A stretch of 64,000 bases of DNA. It comes from a bacterium. GTDB lineage: Bacteria; UBA8248. The notes under the pieces are model-generated. The model was not told the origin of the DNA. It was given only the letters and a program-made list of their open reading frames with translations, and searched no databases. Below, piece by piece: positions 9,903 to 19,139 of this stretch. The position numbers and the translations under genes are program-made. The stretch spans positions 1,472,001 through 1,536,000 of the forward strand of contig CBDBBI010000010.1 of NCBI GenBank assembly GCA_965202625.1. Reading direction: 5' to 3'. The number at the start of each line of letters is the position of its first letter. Positions within the stretch are counted from its first letter, which is position 1.

Positions 9903-10370
9903 TTATCTGGACAGCCAATCAGGCCAGTCAACGCCCGTATAAGAGCACATGCTCCGCTTATCGCCAGCATAATAGGCGCGGTAAGCCGCCACGGCGTCGC
10001 CCTCCACCCGATACTTCTCCGGCACGCATTGCGCAAAGGGCGTGCGCGCAAGTCTGGCGCCCATACGCCTGGGCGCGCGCAGGGCACGGATAACCGCCCC
10101 GGACTTGTGGCGCTTGCCGTAGCGCGCAGCGTATTCGTCGGCGAGCGCCAGGCCGAGTTGTCGCAACCAGAGCCAGTTGCCCAGCGTTCGTTGGACCCAC
10201 ACGCAGCAAGGGTGATGGGCGTGCGTGGGCCGGTAAGGCACCGTATCTCCAAAAAGATGGCTGACGGTACACAACAGCTGCGCCGTTTCCAGAACCATCT
10301 TCACCACATGCTTGTCGCAGTGATACCTCGCAGCTACGGCGGGCGTCTCATCCAGCACGAATATGTTCAT
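9903..10370 (-). CDS. Pyrimidine-dimer DNA glycosylase/endonuclease V-like protein
   Basis: MNIFVLD...AARYHCDKHVVKMVLETAQLL, YRPTHAHHPC, AYRAYY; true start lies inside the 323-aa ORF. Confidence 0.8.
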   Translation of the reverse strand: MNIFVLDETPAVAARYHCDKHVVKMVLETAQLLCTVSHLFGDTVPYRPTHAHHPCCVWVQRTLGNWLWLRQLGLALADEYAARYGKRHKSGAVIRALRAPRRMGARLARTPFAQCVPEKYRVEGDAVAAYRAYYAGDKRSMCSYTGVDWPDWLSR

Positions 10371-10759
10371 CGCCCATGCCTCATCGCCCTCTCGCAATCG
10401 GCTAACAACGCGCGGCCGCTTATAGAGCGTCCCGGCGGAGGAGGGAGAGACGCTCGCCCGATAAACGTCAGGATTTCGCGCCGACCAGACGCCACGACCA
10501 CCACCTTCGCTCTCATTCCGCGCCGCCAACCCACACTTCTGCTCGAGCAGGATCTCTTGGGCCGGCGCGGACGTCACGCCATCGGGACATGGGGCTGCCT
10601 CGTCATAGATATCGCGGACGTCGCGCGCGCAAGAATGCGGAGCCACGCCCGCGATGATCATAGGCGATACGCCGGCTGCGGGCTTTGGTTCTCCTCCAGT
10701 GCTCCTTCGCCGCCCCTCTCCGTCTCCCTCTCGCCCGAAAACCGCCTCGACGATCCCCC

Positions 10760-11251
10760 CTACTCTTCTTTTTCCCAAGCGGGCTGGCTGCCGGGAAAGG
10801 TGTCCGAGTCGTGAAAAACCTCGATGCGGTTGCCGTCGGGGTCCAAGAAATAAATGCCCTCGTGCCCGCCCCACAACCCGTTGCTCTCATCGAGACGCAA
10901 GGGTCCCCAGACGATCTGGACGTCCTCGCGCGAGCGGACGTAGGCCACCGCGTCGTCGAACGCTTGCTTGTCCGCCACCTCGAACGCCAGGTGGTGCAGC
11001 CCCACGTCGCGGCGGGGAACGGTGTCCTCGCCCTCCCCGTTCATCCAGTCGGCGGGCACGCTGAATATCGCCAGCTGGTGGTGATAGTCGTCCAGATACA
11101 TGAACGCGGAGCCAAAGGGCGCCGCCGGATGGCTGCCCGGCACATGGCGCGAGCGGAGCCTGAAGCCCAGGACTTCGGAATAAAAACGAATGGCGCGATC
11201 CAGGTCGCGCACTTTAACCCCCACGTGTTGCAAGCGGATGGAGCGAATCAT
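10760..11251 (-). CDS. VOC (glyoxalase/extradiol dioxygenase) family protein
   Basis: LQHVGVKVRDLDRAIRFY, GLHHLAF, IYFLDPDGNRIEV. Confidence 0.9.
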   Translation of the reverse strand: MIRSIRLQHVGVKVRDLDRAIRFYSEVLGFRLRSRHVPGSHPAAPFGSAFMYLDDYHHQLAIFSVPADWMNGEGEDTVPRRDVGLHHLAFEVADKQAFDDAVAYVRSREDVQIVWGPLRLDESNGLWGGHEGIYFLDPDGNRIEVFHDSDTFPGSQPAWEKEE

Positions 11252-11406
11252 CAGGCGTCTCCTGAGAAAGGGAAATCGCAGGCGTTCACCATACCCCGGG
11301 CGACGCGCTCCGGGATAGCCGCCCGCCTCCCCTTGCCTGAGAGGCACAAGTGGGGTATGCATCAGGCTTCATGCGAGTCGGCTTTCATCAAAGGGGGGCT
11401 TCCGCC

Positions 11407-12198
11407 TTGGGCGTCATCCAGAACGCGACGAAGAGGAAATCCTACGCGGGCGAGGTCACCCTAGGCGTGGGCGTGCGTATGGCGCGAACGGTGGAGGTCG
11501 GCCTCGCGATGCGGGCGGCTGGCTTCGACTGGCTATTCATCGACCTTGAGCATGGGCCGTTCAACCTCGAAACCGCCCAGCAGATATCCATCGCCGCCCT
11601 GAGCCAGGGCATCACCCCGCTGGTGCGCGTCGCCTCGCTCGACGCCCACCTGAGCACGCGCGTTTTGGACAGCGGCGCGCAGGGGGTCGTTCTGCCGCAC
11701 GTGAACAACGCGGAGGAGGCTGCGGAGTTCGCGCGCATCTGCAAGTTTCCGCCCGAGGGCGAACGCAGCGCGGGCGGAGGTCTCGCCCACGGCGCGTTTG
11801 CGGACGTCGCGCCTGAGCAGCTCCTCGCCGGAGTCAACGACGAAACCCTTCTCGTCGCCATGATCGAAACGCCCGAGGCGGGAGATGAGGCGGACGCCAT
11901 CGCCGCAGTGAACGGGGTGGACGTCCTGCTGATCGGCACGAACGACCTGAGCACGGGGATGGAGCTCGTCGGCCAGCACGACCATCCCAGGGTCAACAAG
12001 GTGTATGCCCAGGTGACGGCCGCCTGCAAGAAGCACGGCAAGATAGCCGGAATGGGTGGTTCCTACGATCCTGCGATGATAGAGCGCAGAATCCAGGAGG
12101 GGGTGCGCTTCATTCTCGCGGGCAGCGACCTCACGTTCATGCTGGGCGGGGCGAAGACGCAGGCGCGCATGATTCGCAAGGCGGCGGAGCAGAAATAA
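11407..12198 (+). CDS. HpcH/HpaI family aldolase
   Basis: GFDWLFIDLEHG, LDSGAQGVVLPHV, MIETP, IGTNDLS; TTG start is approximate. Confidence 0.9.
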   Translation: MGVIQNATKRKSYAGEVTLGVGVRMARTVEVGLAMRAAGFDWLFIDLEHGPFNLETAQQISIAALSQGITPLVRVASLDAHLSTRVLDSGAQGVVLPHVNNAEEAAEFARICKFPPEGERSAGGGLAHGAFADVAPEQLLAGVNDETLLVAMIETPEAGDEADAIAAVNGVDVLLIGTNDLSTGMELVGQHDHPRVNKVYAQVTAACKKHGKIAGMGGSYDPAMIERRIQEGVRFILAGSDLTFMLGGAKTQARMIRKAAEQK

Positions 12199-12270
12199 GA
12201 TTCTCATCCGAATTCCAACGTCCATCCATGCGTTTTGATACGCCACGAAACCGGGGAGAGAAAACGGAAA

Positions 12271-13116
12271 ATGAAACTGCTCACCTACGCATCAGAAACC
12301 GGGCCGCGCGTCGCCGTTCTGACGCAAGCCGGCGTAGAGGACGTCGCCCCGCAGACCGGAGACGCGGCGGGCGTCATCGCCCGGGGCGGGACGCCTGAGA
12401 CCAGCGGCCGGCCCGTCGCGCTCGAATCCGTCCAGCTGCTCGCGCCGATAGCGAAACTCGCGCGGCCCGTCATCGCCGTGGGCCTCAACTACAAGAAACA
12501 CGCCGATGAGGGGGCGCGCAAACACGGCGAGCGCAAGGTGGGCGACTATCCAAAAACTCCCGTGTTCTTCTGCAAGTGGCCAGGCTCTCACAACCGACCC
12601 GATGGAGAGATCGTCCACCATGAGAACGTGACGGAGCTCGACTATGAATGCGAACTCGTGATCGTCATCGGCAAGGAGGGGATCAACGTTTCGCCGCAGA
12701 GGGCGATGGACCACGTCTATGGATACACCATCATGAACGAGGTCTCGGCCCGGAAGGTGCAGCGCGCCCACGGCCAATGGTTCAAGGGAAAGGCGCTGGA
12801 CAGCTTCGGCCCGCTGGGCCCATGGATCGTCACGAAAGACGAGACGGGCGATGGGAACAACCTGGCCGTTATGGCGCGAGTGAACGGCGAGACGCGGCAG
12901 AATTCCAACACGAACGACATGATTTTCGACGTCGCCACCCTCGTCTCGGCGATCTCCCAAGGCTTCACGCTCCTGCCCGGAGACATGATCGCCACCGGGA
13001 CGCCCGAGGGCGTGGGCTTCGCCATGGAGCCGCCGGGCCTGCTGAAACCCGGCGACGTGGTGGAGTGCGAAATCGAGAACATCGGCGTGCTCAGAAACAC
13101 CGTCGTCGCGCCATAA
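12271..13116 (+). CDS. Fumarylacetoacetate hydrolase family protein
   Basis: VGLNYKKH, LDYECEL, GKALDSFGPLGP, PGDMIATGTPEGVG. Confidence 0.93.
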   Translation: MKLLTYASETGPRVAVLTQAGVEDVAPQTGDAAGVIARGGTPETSGRPVALESVQLLAPIAKLARPVIAVGLNYKKHADEGARKHGERKVGDYPKTPVFFCKWPGSHNRPDGEIVHHENVTELDYECELVIVIGKEGINVSPQRAMDHVYGYTIMNEVSARKVQRAHGQWFKGKALDSFGPLGPWIVTKDETGDGNNLAVMARVNGETRQNSNTNDMIFDVATLVSAISQGFTLLPGDMIATGTPEGVGFAMEPPGLLKPGDVVECEIENIGVLRNTVVAP

Positions 13117-13152
13117 ACAAACGCGCGCGAGGTGTCCCTTGGAATCCGCGTG

Positions 13153-13665
13153 TCAGGAGGGAGGGGACGGCTTGAGCGTCTCCTTCAGATAGGGGACGAG
13201 GCCGCCCGCCTTCACCATGTCCATGATGTGGTCGGGCAGAGGCTCGGCCTGCAGCGTCTCTCCCTTCGTGAGGTTTTCCACCCTTCCCGCAATCGGATCG
13301 ACCCGCACCCGATCCCCCGCTTCAATGGAGCCCGCCTCGGCGCAAATGAGCACGGGCAGCCCGATGCACAGCGAATTCCTGAAAAAGTTTCTGGCGAACG
13401 TTCGGGCGATGACGGCGCCGACGCCCGCATGCTTGATGCCTCGGGGGGCCGTCTCCCGACTTGATCCGCAGCCAAAGTTTCTTCCGCCGACGATCACGTC
13501 GCCCGCACGCACGTTTTTCGGAAAATCAGGGTCAACACCCTCCATCGCGTGCTTGCCCAGTTCCGCATCCGGCAGGCTCGCATAGGTCGCCGGCATGATG
13601 TAGCCCGTATCGACGCTATCCCCAAACACCCAGGCGCCGCCCTCGATTATTCGCGTCGCGCTCAT
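13153..13665 (-). CDS. leuD: 3-isopropylmalate dehydratase-like small subunit (LeuD/HacB/DmdB type)
   Basis: FGDSVDT, NFGCGSSRE, FARNFFRN; substrate uncertain. Confidence 0.85.
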   Translation of the reverse strand: MSATRIIEGGAWVFGDSVDTGYIMPATYASLPDAELGKHAMEGVDPDFPKNVRAGDVIVGGRNFGCGSSRETAPRGIKHAGVGAVIARTFARNFFRNSLCIGLPVLICAEAGSIEAGDRVRVDPIAGRVENLTKGETLQAEPLPDHIMDMVKAGGLVPYLKETLKPSPPS

Positions 13666-13741
13666 GCGGCCCGCCCCCCTGCCCAGACAGCGGTGGCGAA
13701 CCGGACTCGCCCAAAAACGGCGTCAGCAGATTCCGCCCCGC

Positions 13742-15007
13742 TCATGCGATGAACTCCCTGGGGTCCGCCACGCGGCCCCTGATCGCGCTCGCCGCCACCG
13801 TGGCGGCCGAGGCGAGATATATGGACGCCCCGAGGCTCCCCATCCGGCCCCTGTAGTTGCGGTTGGCCGAGGAGACGCACACCTCTCCGTCGCCCAGCTG
13901 TCCGGCCCCCCTTCCCGCGCAGATGCCGCACGTGGTGGGCAAGAGGACGCCGCCCGCGTCGATGAGCGCGCCCAGCGTTCCATCCGCCATAGATTTGCCC
14001 ATGATGGCCTTGCTCGCCGGCGCGATGAGGAGCTGAAGCCCGGCGGCGACGCGCCGACCCTTCAGAATGGCCGCCGCCGCTTGTAAATCCACCAGTTTCG
14101 CCCCCGTGCACGAGCCGATGTGCGCTCGATGAAGCGGGGGGGAATCCACCTCCTCCACCGAGCGCACGTTGTCCATTCGGTGCGGACACGCCACCTGGGG
14201 GGACAAATCCGACACGTCGTATTCGTAGGATGCGGCGTAGGTCGCGTCGGAATCAGAGTGAACGGCCTCCCAGCCCTCCTCGGCGCCCGCCTCCCTGAGA
14301 TAGTCTCTCGTCCATTCGTCCACGTCCATGATGGCGCTCTTCGCGCTGAACTCGGCCGCCATGTTGGAGAGCGTCATGCGATCCTCCACAGGCAGCGCCA
14401 TGAGCGCCTCCCCCTCAAACTGGAGCACCTTGTATTCCGCTCCGTCAACCTTGAGGTCGCGAAGCGCGCGCAACGCCATATCCTTGCCATATACGCCTTT
14501 GGGAAGCCGTCCCCCGAAATGCACCCGTATCGTCTCGGGCACCCGCAGCCAGATCTCTCCCTTGGCGAGCACGCCGATGCTCTCGGTCGGCCCAATCGCC
14601 ACTCCCAGAGCGCCCAGCGCCCCCGTGTTCGTAGTGTGGCTGTCAGTGCCGGTGACGAGCGCGCCCGGGCGCACGAAACCCTTCTCCGCCATGAGAATGT
14701 GGCAGATGCCCTCCGCGTCGTAAAAATGCGGGAGGGCCTGCTCGGCCGCCCAGGCCCTCGTGACGTTGAGGACGTTCGCCTGAGAGTCCTGGGTGGGCGG
14801 ATTGTGATGGTCGGCCGTGAGCATGAAGCGCTCCTTGTCCCATATCGGAAGCCCCAACTCGGCGAAATCCCGCCCCATGCGAAACGGCCCCTGGTTGTCG
14901 TGCATAAGATGGGCGTCCACCTTGGCCCAGACGATCTCGCCCACCTCAACGCGCGCGCGCCCACTGGCGCGGGCCAGAATTTTTTGCGACGCGGTATCCC
15001 CTGGCAA
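13742..15007 (-). CDS. leuC: 3-isopropylmalate dehydratase-like large subunit (LeuC/HacA/DmdA aconitase family)
   Basis: GICH, TDSHT, IGSCT, CGICAG, NRNYRGRMG; TTG start after AAGGAG. Confidence 0.85.
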   Translation of the reverse strand: MPGDTASQKILARASGRARVEVGEIVWAKVDAHLMHDNQGPFRMGRDFAELGLPIWDKERFMLTADHHNPPTQDSQANVLNVTRAWAAEQALPHFYDAEGICHILMAEKGFVRPGALVTGTDSHTTNTGALGALGVAIGPTESIGVLAKGEIWLRVPETIRVHFGGRLPKGVYGKDMALRALRDLKVDGAEYKVLQFEGEALMALPVEDRMTLSNMAAEFSAKSAIMDVDEWTRDYLREAGAEEGWEAVHSDSDATYAASYEYDVSDLSPQVACPHRMDNVRSVEEVDSPPLHRAHIGSCTGAKLVDLQAAAAILKGRRVAAGLQLLIAPASKAIMGKSMADGTLGALIDAGGVLLPTTCGICAGRGAGQLGDGEVCVSSANRNYRGRMGSLGASIYLASAATVAASAIRGRVADPREFIA

Positions 15008-15114
15008 GGCATTCTCCTTTAAGATGAGGGGGGATATGGAGCCGCGATAGTTCCGCGTCCGGAATTTGTCGCACACTTTCATACCAGAAGCAAGACGCAA
15101 GGGGAGCGAGGCTC

Positions 15115-15720
15115 ATGGCGCGAGACGAGGAAATGGACCGCAAGGCATTTTTCAAAGAGGGGCCGCTGTCTTTCATACGCGCCTTCATGGAAGGGGCGCA
15201 TCATGCGGAAACCAGGGTGAGGCGCTCCACGCTTGATGGCCCCGTTTTGCGTCCGCCGGGGGCGGCGCCGGAAGCCGCGTTTCTGCACCTTTGCGCCGCC
15301 AGCGGAAAATGCGCCCAGGTCTGCCCCGCCGACGCCATCTTGATGCTCCCCCGAGAGGACGAATCGGGGCTCCGCGCCCCCAGGATCATCCCCGCCGACG
15401 GGGCTTGCGTGGTTTGCGACGATCTTTCCTGCATGAAGGCTTGCCCCACGGGAGCGCTCGCCCTCCTCCCCCGAGAGGAGATCCGCATCGGCCTGGCGGA
15501 AGTGAACGCCGATACCTGCCTCGCATGGAACGGGCTGGACGAGGGATGCGATTACTGCGTGGCGCGTTGTCCCATCGGGGAGCGCGCGATCCGCATCGAG
15601 AAAAAAGAGGAGGGACAAGGCCCCGTCATCGGAGAGGCTTGCGTGGGATGCGGGGCCTGCGAACAACACTGCCCCGAGTTTCCGGGCGCCGTGCGGGTGC
15701 TCCCCCTCACATATTCCTGA
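15115..15720 (+). CDS. NapG/MauM-like 4Fe-4S ferredoxin-type protein
   Basis: LRPPGA, several CxxC/CP clusters, CVGCGACEQHCP. Confidence 0.8.
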   Translation: MARDEEMDRKAFFKEGPLSFIRAFMEGAHHAETRVRRSTLDGPVLRPPGAAPEAAFLHLCAASGKCAQVCPADAILMLPREDESGLRAPRIIPADGACVVCDDLSCMKACPTGALALLPREEIRIGLAEVNADTCLAWNGLDEGCDYCVARCPIGERAIRIEKKEEGQGPVIGEACVGCGACEQHCPEFPGAVRVLPLTYS

Positions 15721-16089
15721 ATGATGACACCCGAAGACGCGCCCCTCCTGCTTTGGGACGGGGAGTGCGAATTGTGCCGCAGGTGCGTCGCGTGGGTCGT
15801 CTCCAGGCACAAAAACGAATTATGGATACGTCCGGTTCCCTACCAGGAGGCACCCTCGCCGCCCATGAACGAAGCTCTGCGCGCGCGCGCGGAAAGGGCG
15901 GTTCAACTTATCACGTCCGACGGGCGGAGGTTAGAGGCGGGGCGGGCGTACATCGAAGTGTTGGCTCTGCTGGGCTGGAGGAGGACGGCGCGGATGTTAG
16001 GAGTCCCGCCCCTCGTCTGGTGCGTGGAGCTCGGATATTGGGCACTGGCCCGAACGCGCTGGCTCTGGGGGCGCGTTTTTGCTCGCTAG
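15721..16089 (+). CDS. DCC1-like thiol-disulfide oxidoreductase (DUF393)
   Basis: LLWDGECELC motif; Y..LARTR near the C-terminus. Confidence 0.85.
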   Translation: MMTPEDAPLLLWDGECELCRRCVAWVVSRHKNELWIRPVPYQEAPSPPMNEALRARAERAVQLITSDGRRLEAGRAYIEVLALLGWRRTARMLGVPPLVWCVELGYWALARTRWLWGRVFAR

Positions 16090-16120
16090 AGTCGCTGCGC
16101 GCGCCCCGAAGACGCGCGCA

Positions 16121-16621
16121 TCAGGAAAATTCATCCTTCAGAATTTCGTGGATGAACCGCTGGACGGCGAGGGGGTAGTATCGAATGTCCGGCGTGCGCA
16201 CCACGGCGGTGTCGGTGATTTCCAGCCGTCCGAGCTCGCTCAGCACCTTCTCCACCAGAACTTCCGGGCTCCACTCGTGATGGGTGATTTTCAGATACTC
16301 GTTCTCGATGTTGAAATTTCCCGAACCGGCGGCGGGAAACGCGAACACGCGGCCAATGAGGTCGGCGTCCATCATCTCGGAATCCTTGAAAATCTCGCCG
16401 AACGTCTTCTTCGCCTGGGAAGGCGTCCAAACCAGTTTGGGCGATACGAGGAGTTTTCCGGATATTTGCACCGAACCCGCCTCTTCTTTCGCCTCCGGCC
16501 CCAGCACCCGGTAGCCGAGTTCATGATAGCCCGAGACGATGCCCAAGTAAGGTCTGCGGAGGATGCTGATCTCCTCGATCATCCTCTTGTGAAAATCGCG
16601 CTGCATCTCATCGTCGAACAT
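16121..16621 (-). CDS. Hypothetical protein
   Basis: GGAGG RBS before MFDDEMQ; protein-like composition; downstream of hemY on the same strand. Confidence 0.7.
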   Translation of the reverse strand: MFDDEMQRDFHKRMIEEISILRRPYLGIVSGYHELGYRVLGPEAKEEAGSVQISGKLLVSPKLVWTPSQAKKTFGEIFKDSEMMDADLIGRVFAFPAAGSGNFNIENEYLKITHHEWSPEVLVEKVLSELGRLEITDTAVVRTPDIRYYPLAVQRFIHEILKDEFS

Positions 16622-16731
16622 CAAAACGCCTCCGTCCGAATCGCAAACCCCGAAAAACAGGTGTTGATACCAAATGCGCGCACTAGCGGTCAAACGGCGA
16701 CGCGCTAGCGTCCACCGCCCCTGTTCCCCCC

Positions 16732-18174
16732 TTATTGAGCGGAAGGGACGGCTCGCAAATCCCCCAAAATCTTCTCCGCTGCGCCCTCGGCCGATTTCAC
16801 GCAATCGGGAACGCCCACGCCGCGATAGGCGTTGCCGCAAAGCGCAAGACCCGGCAGCGCGCTCAAAGCGCGCTCCATGCGCTCCACCTTATCAAGGTGA
16901 CCCACCAGAAAATGCGGGAGCGCCTCCGCATAGCGGCAAAGGAGCTTCGATTCCGGCGCCCCCGAGATTCCCAGCACCGGCTGAAGCTCATCAAGCATCT
17001 TTTGCGTCAACTCTCCATCCGTCAGACCCAAACCGGAATCGCCCCCTCCCCCCGCGAACGCGCGAACGAGCACCTTCCCCTCCGGCGCTCTTCCCTGGAA
17101 CTTCGCGCTCGAGAACGAGCACGCGAGAAGGCTCTTGTTCTCCGTCGCCGGTGCCACGAAACCCATGCCGTTGAGCGGATGTGACACCTGCTCGATCCGA
17201 TAGACCAGGTTCAGCGTCGCCAGAGAACCGCTGGGTATGCCCATGAGCTCTTGAGAGAGACTTGGAGACGCCCTCTCCAGCAGACGCGCCGCCGCGCGAG
17301 GCGGCAAGGCGACGCAAACCGCGTCGGCGTTCACCTCCTCCCCATCCTGAAGGCGAGCGACCCAGCCTCCCTCTCGTCTGCGAAGCGATTCCGCCCGGCA
17401 ACCCGTCCGAGGCGAGGCGCCGGAAATTCTTCCGACCAGGGCGTCCACCAGCGCGCCCATGCCCCGGGCGAGACTGACGAGAAGCCCATACCTTGGGCCG
17501 CTGGCCGAGGCGGCACCGCCTGCGTCCGCGCGCCGCATCCGCCGCCGCAGCCCGAGGATGATGCTTCGGTGCGCGCGCTCGATCTCGTGAAACTGCGGCA
17601 TGGCGGCTTTCAGGCTCAGCGTTTCAGGATCGGCCGAGTAAATCCCCGCCACCATGGGCTGGGCCATTCTCTCGAGCGCCTCGGGTCCAAGACGCCTGCG
17701 CACGAAATCGGCCAAGGACTCATCCTCATCACTCCTCCTTCGGGGGAGAAAGACGTCCATTGCCATTCTGAGCTTGCCGAGCGGACTGAAGATCGGCGTG
17801 GTCAGGAACGGGCCGATCCGGCAGGGCGCGAGAAGATAAAACCCCTGAGGCACGGGGAGCAGCTCTCCCCCTCTCAGGACGAAACTACGCCGATGCCGCT
17901 CGTTCACGCCGATGAGCTGATCGGCGAGGCCCAGCTCCTCGCAAAGTTGAATCGCTTGCGGCTTCGAGGCGAGAAAACAATCCGGCCCCTTCTCCATCAG
18001 CGCGCCATCCACGAACGCCGTCTCGACGACGCCGCCGAGCCGCCTTGACGCCTCGACGAGCCGGACTTCAAAGGAGGGGTTTCGCACCCTTGAGGCGAGG
18101 AGCAGCCGATAGCAGGCGACGAGCCCCGTCAGACCGCCGCCGAGCACGACCACGCGCCTGACGGCCGGAGTCAA
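16732..18174 (-). CDS. hemY: HemY-type protoporphyrinogen/coproporphyrinogen III oxidase
   Basis: GGGLTGL FAD motif, EKGPDCF, GIYSADP, GVGVPDCV; TTG start overlaps the hemH stop. Confidence 0.9.
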   Translation of the reverse strand: MTPAVRRVVVLGGGLTGLVACYRLLLASRVRNPSFEVRLVEASRRLGGVVETAFVDGALMEKGPDCFLASKPQAIQLCEELGLADQLIGVNERHRRSFVLRGGELLPVPQGFYLLAPCRIGPFLTTPIFSPLGKLRMAMDVFLPRRRSDEDESLADFVRRRLGPEALERMAQPMVAGIYSADPETLSLKAAMPQFHEIERAHRSIILGLRRRMRRADAGGAASASGPRYGLLVSLARGMGALVDALVGRISGASPRTGCRAESLRRREGGWVARLQDGEEVNADAVCVALPPRAAARLLERASPSLSQELMGIPSGSLATLNLVYRIEQVSHPLNGMGFVAPATENKSLLACSFSSAKFQGRAPEGKVLVRAFAGGGGDSGLGLTDGELTQKMLDELQPVLGISGAPESKLLCRYAEALPHFLVGHLDKVERMERALSALPGLALCGNAYRGVGVPDCVKSAEGAAEKILGDLRAVPSAQ

Positions 18175-19139
18175 TTTCCCCTTCCCGACATCTTGTCGAT
18201 GATCAATTCGCGCAGCGTCGCGACGAATGAGGGATGGGTTCCCACGGTGGGCGCGCGACAGAACCGAAGGCCCGCCTCCTCGGCCGCCTCTCGCGCCTCG
18301 ACGTCGAGATCGAAAAGCACCTCCACATGATCGCACAGGAAGCCGACCGGAACCACCACGACCGCGCGTGCGTCCTCGGCGGCGACAGAGCGGATGACCT
18401 CCGTCACGTCCGGGCCGAGCCAGGCACCGGCGGGAGCGTCTGGGCTGCTCTGAAAACCGACCCGATGCGTCTCCAGGCCGAGCGCGCGTGCGACCAGAAC
18501 CGCTGTCTCCCTGAATTCCTCCTCATACGAGGAGTCCCTCGCCATGGAAACGGGGATGGAATGCGCTGTGAATACGACCTCGGCACTGTCCCTCCCGCCT
18601 GCCCTTAAGTCTGGGGCGACCTGACGCACCCGCTCCACCACGGCGGAGACGAAGCCCGGATGACGGTGCCACGGCGTTTCCATAAACGCGGTATCGGGGG
18701 AGTCGCCGCCCAGCTCCTCACGCGCCGAGCAGACGGCGCCCCGGTAGGCCTCCCAGCTGATTTTTGCCCGATGCGGGGCGAGCACAACGCCCACGGCGCG
18801 CCGCAAACCTCGCCGGAACATCTCGGCGAGCGTCTCCTTGACGTAGGGCGTCCAGAACCGATGGCCGACGTAGACGGGGAGCATAACGCCCGCCTCCTCC
18901 AAGGCCATCTCAAGGGCGCCCGCCTGTTTTTGAGAAAAATGCGTGAACGGCGAGACGCCCCCGAAGCGCTGATAGTGCGCGGCCACCTCCTTGATGCGCG
19001 CGGCCCCGCCCGTTCTCTGGCCGACGATGCCCTCAACGTAGCAATGCGCCTCGCCCGGGCATTCCTCGTAGCGCAGACAACAACCCTTGGTGGGCCCGCC
19101 GAAACCGATCAGCAAGACGGAGTCGAACCTTTCGCTCAT
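18171..19139 (-). CDS. hemH: Ferrochelatase
   Basis: LLIGFGGP, HYQRFGGVSP, FTAHSIP, WLGPD, GFLCDHVEVLFDLD. Confidence 0.92.
   Translation of the reverse strand: MSERFDSVLLIGFGGPTKGCCLRYEECPGEAHCYVEGIVGQRTGGAARIKEVAAHYQRFGGVSPFTHFSQKQAGALEMALEEAGVMLPVYVGHRFWTPYVKETLAEMFRRGLRRAVGVVLAPHRAKISWEAYRGAVCSAREELGGDSPDTAFMETPWHRHPGFVSAVVERVRQVAPDLRAGGRDSAEVVFTAHSIPVSMARDSSYEEEFRETAVLVARALGLETHRVGFQSSPDAPAGAWLGPDVTEVIRSVAAEDARAVVVVPVGFLCDHVEVLFDLDVEAREAAEEAGLRFCRAPTVGTHPSFVATLRELIIDKMSGRGN

Noticed and set aside
15115-15720. Periplasmic nitrate reductase (nap) operon
   Set aside because: Only a NapG/MauM-like ferredoxin is present; no napA, napB or napH.
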